Of a stretch of DNA of 64,000 nt, positions 60,543 through 64,000 are shown in pieces. The notes beneath the pieces were generated by a model. It worked only from the letters and a program-made list of their open reading frames with translations, was not told the origin of the DNA and made no database searches. The position numbers and the translations under genes are program-made. Source of the stretch: Stegostoma tigrinum. Lineage: Eukaryota. Each line of letters opens with the position of its first letter. The first letter of the stretch is position 1. Where the stretch lies: NCBI RefSeq assembly GCF_030684315.1, contig NC_081398.1:6552385-6616384 (forward strand), given 5' to 3'.

Positions 60543-60843
60543 GAGTTTTGAGAAGATTTGTAGCTCAGGTTGAGGTTCTGGATGTGAGTTTGCTCACTGA
60601 GCTGGAAGGTTCATTTTCAGACGTTTCATTACCATTCTAGGTAACATCATCAGTGAGCCTCCGACGAAGCGCTGGTGTTATGTCCCGCTTTCTATTTATA
60701 TATTTATAATTTTATTTATATATAAATAGAAAGCAGGACATAACACCAGCGCTTCGTCGGAGGCTCACTGATGATGTTACCTAGAATGGTGACGAAACGT
60801 CTGAAAACGAACCTTCCAGCTCAGCGAGCAAACTCACATCCAG
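60543..60843. mobile_element. Palindromic Penelope pLTR insertion with two hammerhead motifs, flanked by a 12-bp TSD
   Basis: Arms 60577-~60703 and ~60717-60844; TSD agtcccataggt at 60531-60542 and 60844-60855; HHR core ctgatga-t-gttacc(tagaat)ggtgac-gaaa-cgtc at 60768-60801. Confidence 0.8.
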
Positions 60844-61060
60844 AGTCCCATAGGTTTATATGAAAACACAACCTTTCTCCCTGCTTCTTCAGGTGTCAGT
60901 GAGGTGGTATCAGATACAGAATTTTATAAGTAAATGATCAAGGGGTCACACCACTGATGAGGATGTATTAAACAAGCCTAAGATGATGTTAAATCTTTAA
61001 TCGGTTAGGAAATTTTAATTGATTAATGCGTATATGTAAATCCCTGAATTCCTTTCTGCA

Positions 61061-61061
<1 letters not shown>

Positions 61062-61146
<85 letters not shown>

Positions 61147-61147
61147 C
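61062..61147. repeat. (CA)n microsatellite
   Basis: About 42 CA units. Confidence 0.98.
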
Positions 61148-63507
61148 CCCATGGGATGAATTTGCATTTGCACATACACTTTATTCTGCTCAAAAAGCAC
61201 ACAATTGACAGTCAGACAGTATGGTGTTTTATAAATTATTACTTTAGAAATAAAACCAGTCTGACACCGAACCAAACCACAAACAGATTCCAAACAAGGC
61301 CTCACACCTAACATGTATTGTGTGACTAAAAATGCCTGCTGTTCTTTACATTGATAAAACCTTTAGTTCTCTCAGGGTAGTGGCTTGAGAGGAATATGGG
61401 TTCACCACAGAAACAAGCTGGGAATACTGCAGCGAGTAGGTCATCTCCCTACTCCCCAAAGCCTGTCCACCATCAACAAGCCACAAGTCAGGAGTGTGAG
61501 GGAACGCTCCCCAATTGCCCTGGATGGGGGCAGCTCCAACAACACTCAAGAACTTCAGCACCATCCAGGACAAAGTAGCCCCCGCTTGATTGGCACCACA
61601 TCCACAAATATCCCACTCCCTCAACCAGTGATGCTTAGTAGCAGCAACGTGAACCATCTACAAGATGAACTGCAGCAACTCCCCAAGGTTCCTTAGACAG
61701 TACCTTCCAAACCCCAAACCTCTCCTGGCTAGAAAGACGAGGTGCAGGTATATGTGATCACCATTCCCAACAAATTCCCCTCTGAGACACTCACCATAAG
61801 GAACGCTAGGGTGGGTAACCAATGCTGATTTATCAGCTATGGCCTCCTTCCATTAGTCAAAAATGTTAAGGACCAGTCCATGTACGGGTGGAATTGCTCG
61901 CTGTTAACTTTTGTAATCATGACATGGGAATTTTCTACTTTGCTCATTTTTGTTGATTTCAGAATCCTCTGTTGGAAACATGTGAGAAGAGACCAAGTGA
62001 GAGAACACAGGATCCCATGGAAATTATCCCTAAGAATCCCTGGAGCGAGGGATTTAATGGTTTATTGTGTCCTACAGAAACTCACCGTCCCACAGCAGAC
62101 CCACATTCTCAGCAGACGTCACTGTGCAAAGCTGCTTTGAACCTCCGCCTTTTGAAGTAGATACTGCAGACTGTTTGCTTTGCTGCAAAGCCTGGGCAGT
62201 TTCTGTGTTTCCCGAGTAACTAAACTCAGTTTCCAGTGCTTCCCTGATGTGAAATAGCGTCCGTCTGCTGCTAAACAGATTGCTCCCTGCTTGTCTAAAT
62301 ATATCCTTTAGAATATAAGACTTGACATGGCTCTGCTGTAGAAAATCGATTTAGGCCGAAACATTGAATGTTTTCAAGAAGGCGTTCAATCCCATTCTTT
62401 GGGTGGGATGGGATCATTGGATGATCAGCCACGAGCCTATTGAACAGGCTCAGGAGGCTGAATGGTCTGCTCCTGTTCCAATGTTCTATGCTCCGATGTG
62501 TCCGATTTAAAACAATGTTATCAATTATACTTCTTTACTGAAATACACTCATTAATTTGGGGTTTTTTTCAAGAAACTATCACTACATACATTAAGCTTT
62601 GCTTGTGCACAATTTTAAGTGAATTTTTCAACCTTAAGCTAAAAACTCTCCTGTGTTTTACAACTCTGTTTCAATCACCTGTTACACTGTTCCCTTCTGT
62701 CAGTATTTCTAGCTGTTTTTGTAACAGATATCTCCGCTTTCAGGCGTTTTTTGTGTCAGCAAGTGGAGCTTTTGAAATAAAAACATTAAATGGTTCAAAA
62801 ATAACGATGACCACAGTAATCGTGTGACTACTCTTCACAAGGACCTCCCAGGATGTTCTCAGAAGTCAGTGGCAGACAGCCAGTCAATGCTTACAAACCC
62901 TCCTGCAAAGTGTGCCCATTGTGACGGGCTTGTCAAATCCCAGAATAAAATCATAGATCCCTTGACGATGTTGGCCGCTTTCCCGAGGCAGCGGCAGGGG
63001 AAGGTGGAGTCAATGGATGGAAGGTGATATAGACTGGGCTGTGTTCACAATTCTCTGTCATTTCTTGCAATCTTGGGCACAGCAGTGACCACACAATGCT
63101 GTCATGCATCCGGCTCGGATGTTTGGTGTGCAGTGGGTCTATTAAAATTGGTAAGAAACCCTGTGGACATGCTGAATTTCCTTAGCCTCCTGAGACACTA
63201 GAGACAATGCTGTGCTTTCTTGATTGGAGCATTGAGCTAGATGCACCAGGACAGGTTGTTTACTCCTGATGCTCTCGATCACCTCCACCTCAGCACCATT
63301 GCTACAAACAGGACCGTGCTCCCAATTCTGCTCCCTGAGGTCAATGATCAGCTCCTTCATAACCCAGCTTTCTTACCTTAACAGCGCCTCGTGGCAGCTT
63401 CTGTCCTGGCTCCCATTCTGAACTTGCACTAAACGTCCTGTGTTCCACGTTGTGGCGAATGCTGGTAAGTGCAAGTAGTCCCCCTTGCACCAACCAACTT
63501 CTGCCAT

Positions 63508-64000
63508 GATAGGCCCGAAACGTCAGCTTTTGTGCTCCTGAGATGCTGCTGGGCCTGCTGTGTTCATCCAGCCTCACATTTTATTATCTTGGATTCTCCA
63601 GCATCTGCAGTTCCCATTATCACTGATACAACTTCTGCCATGAGATGGATATCTGCCAGTGAAACTGTTAAATGAGTGAAATTTAAACATGTATTCCTCT
63701 GCATCGGTGAGGCCATGCGCAGTCTCAGAGACCATTTCACAGAGTAACTGCGCTCTGTGAATAACAATGACAGCATCTTCCAGTCACCCATTATCTTAAC
63801 TCCTCCCTGGGGGTCATGTCCATTCTGGGCCTCCTCCCGTGTCACAATGACGCCATCCACAAACTGGAGAAGCAGCACCTCATATTCCGCCTCAGGAGCC
63901 GACAGCCCAATGGCCTAAAGTGGTGATCACCAGTTTCAACATCTCCCCACGCCCAGCCTCATCCCACGTCCTTCTCATCTCCATCTCATTGACCCGAAAC
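63508..64000 (+). mobile_element. Penelope 3' fragments
   Basis: aggcccgaaacgtcagc 3' end and a GIY-YIG C-terminal remnant. Confidence 0.75.

Overview
Repeat-dense vertebrate genomic DNA, almost certainly a shark or other elasmobranch. This is inferred from HE1/V-SINE-like SINEs, CR1/HER1-type LINEs, Neptune-type Penelope elements and shark-type ~70-bp satellites. There are two assembly gaps (5330-5509 and 33908-34553), and most ORF-track entries are repeat artefacts. Supported gene content, both on the + strand: (1) the last, SOCS-box exon of an SPSB gene (SPSB2-like, 4687-4814), preceded by a 3.6-kb 33-bp G-rich minisatellite. (2) A multi-exon gene reconstructed by hand across ~14.6-41.5 kb. 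It has two candidate first exons, a signal-peptide exon (18105-18186) ending at a GC donor, a 19-kb intron, a single B7/butyrophilin-like IgV exon (37237-37605), a GPI-signal exon (39411-39504) and a 3'-UTR exon with AATAAA. The predicted product is a 168-178 aa GPI-anchored, single-IgV B7-like protein with an extra Cys pair, possibly with a secreted splice form. The large intron holds an old antisense class I (epsilon/gamma-like) endogenous retrovirus with two long LTRs, a PBS, pol remnants and an env TM (ISD + CX6CC). Penelope elements with minimal hammerhead ribozyme motifs are frequent, including a TSD-flanked palindrome at 60.5-60.9 kb. An NF-kB/ISRE-like promoter with short exons at 55-58.7 kb may start a second immune gene.
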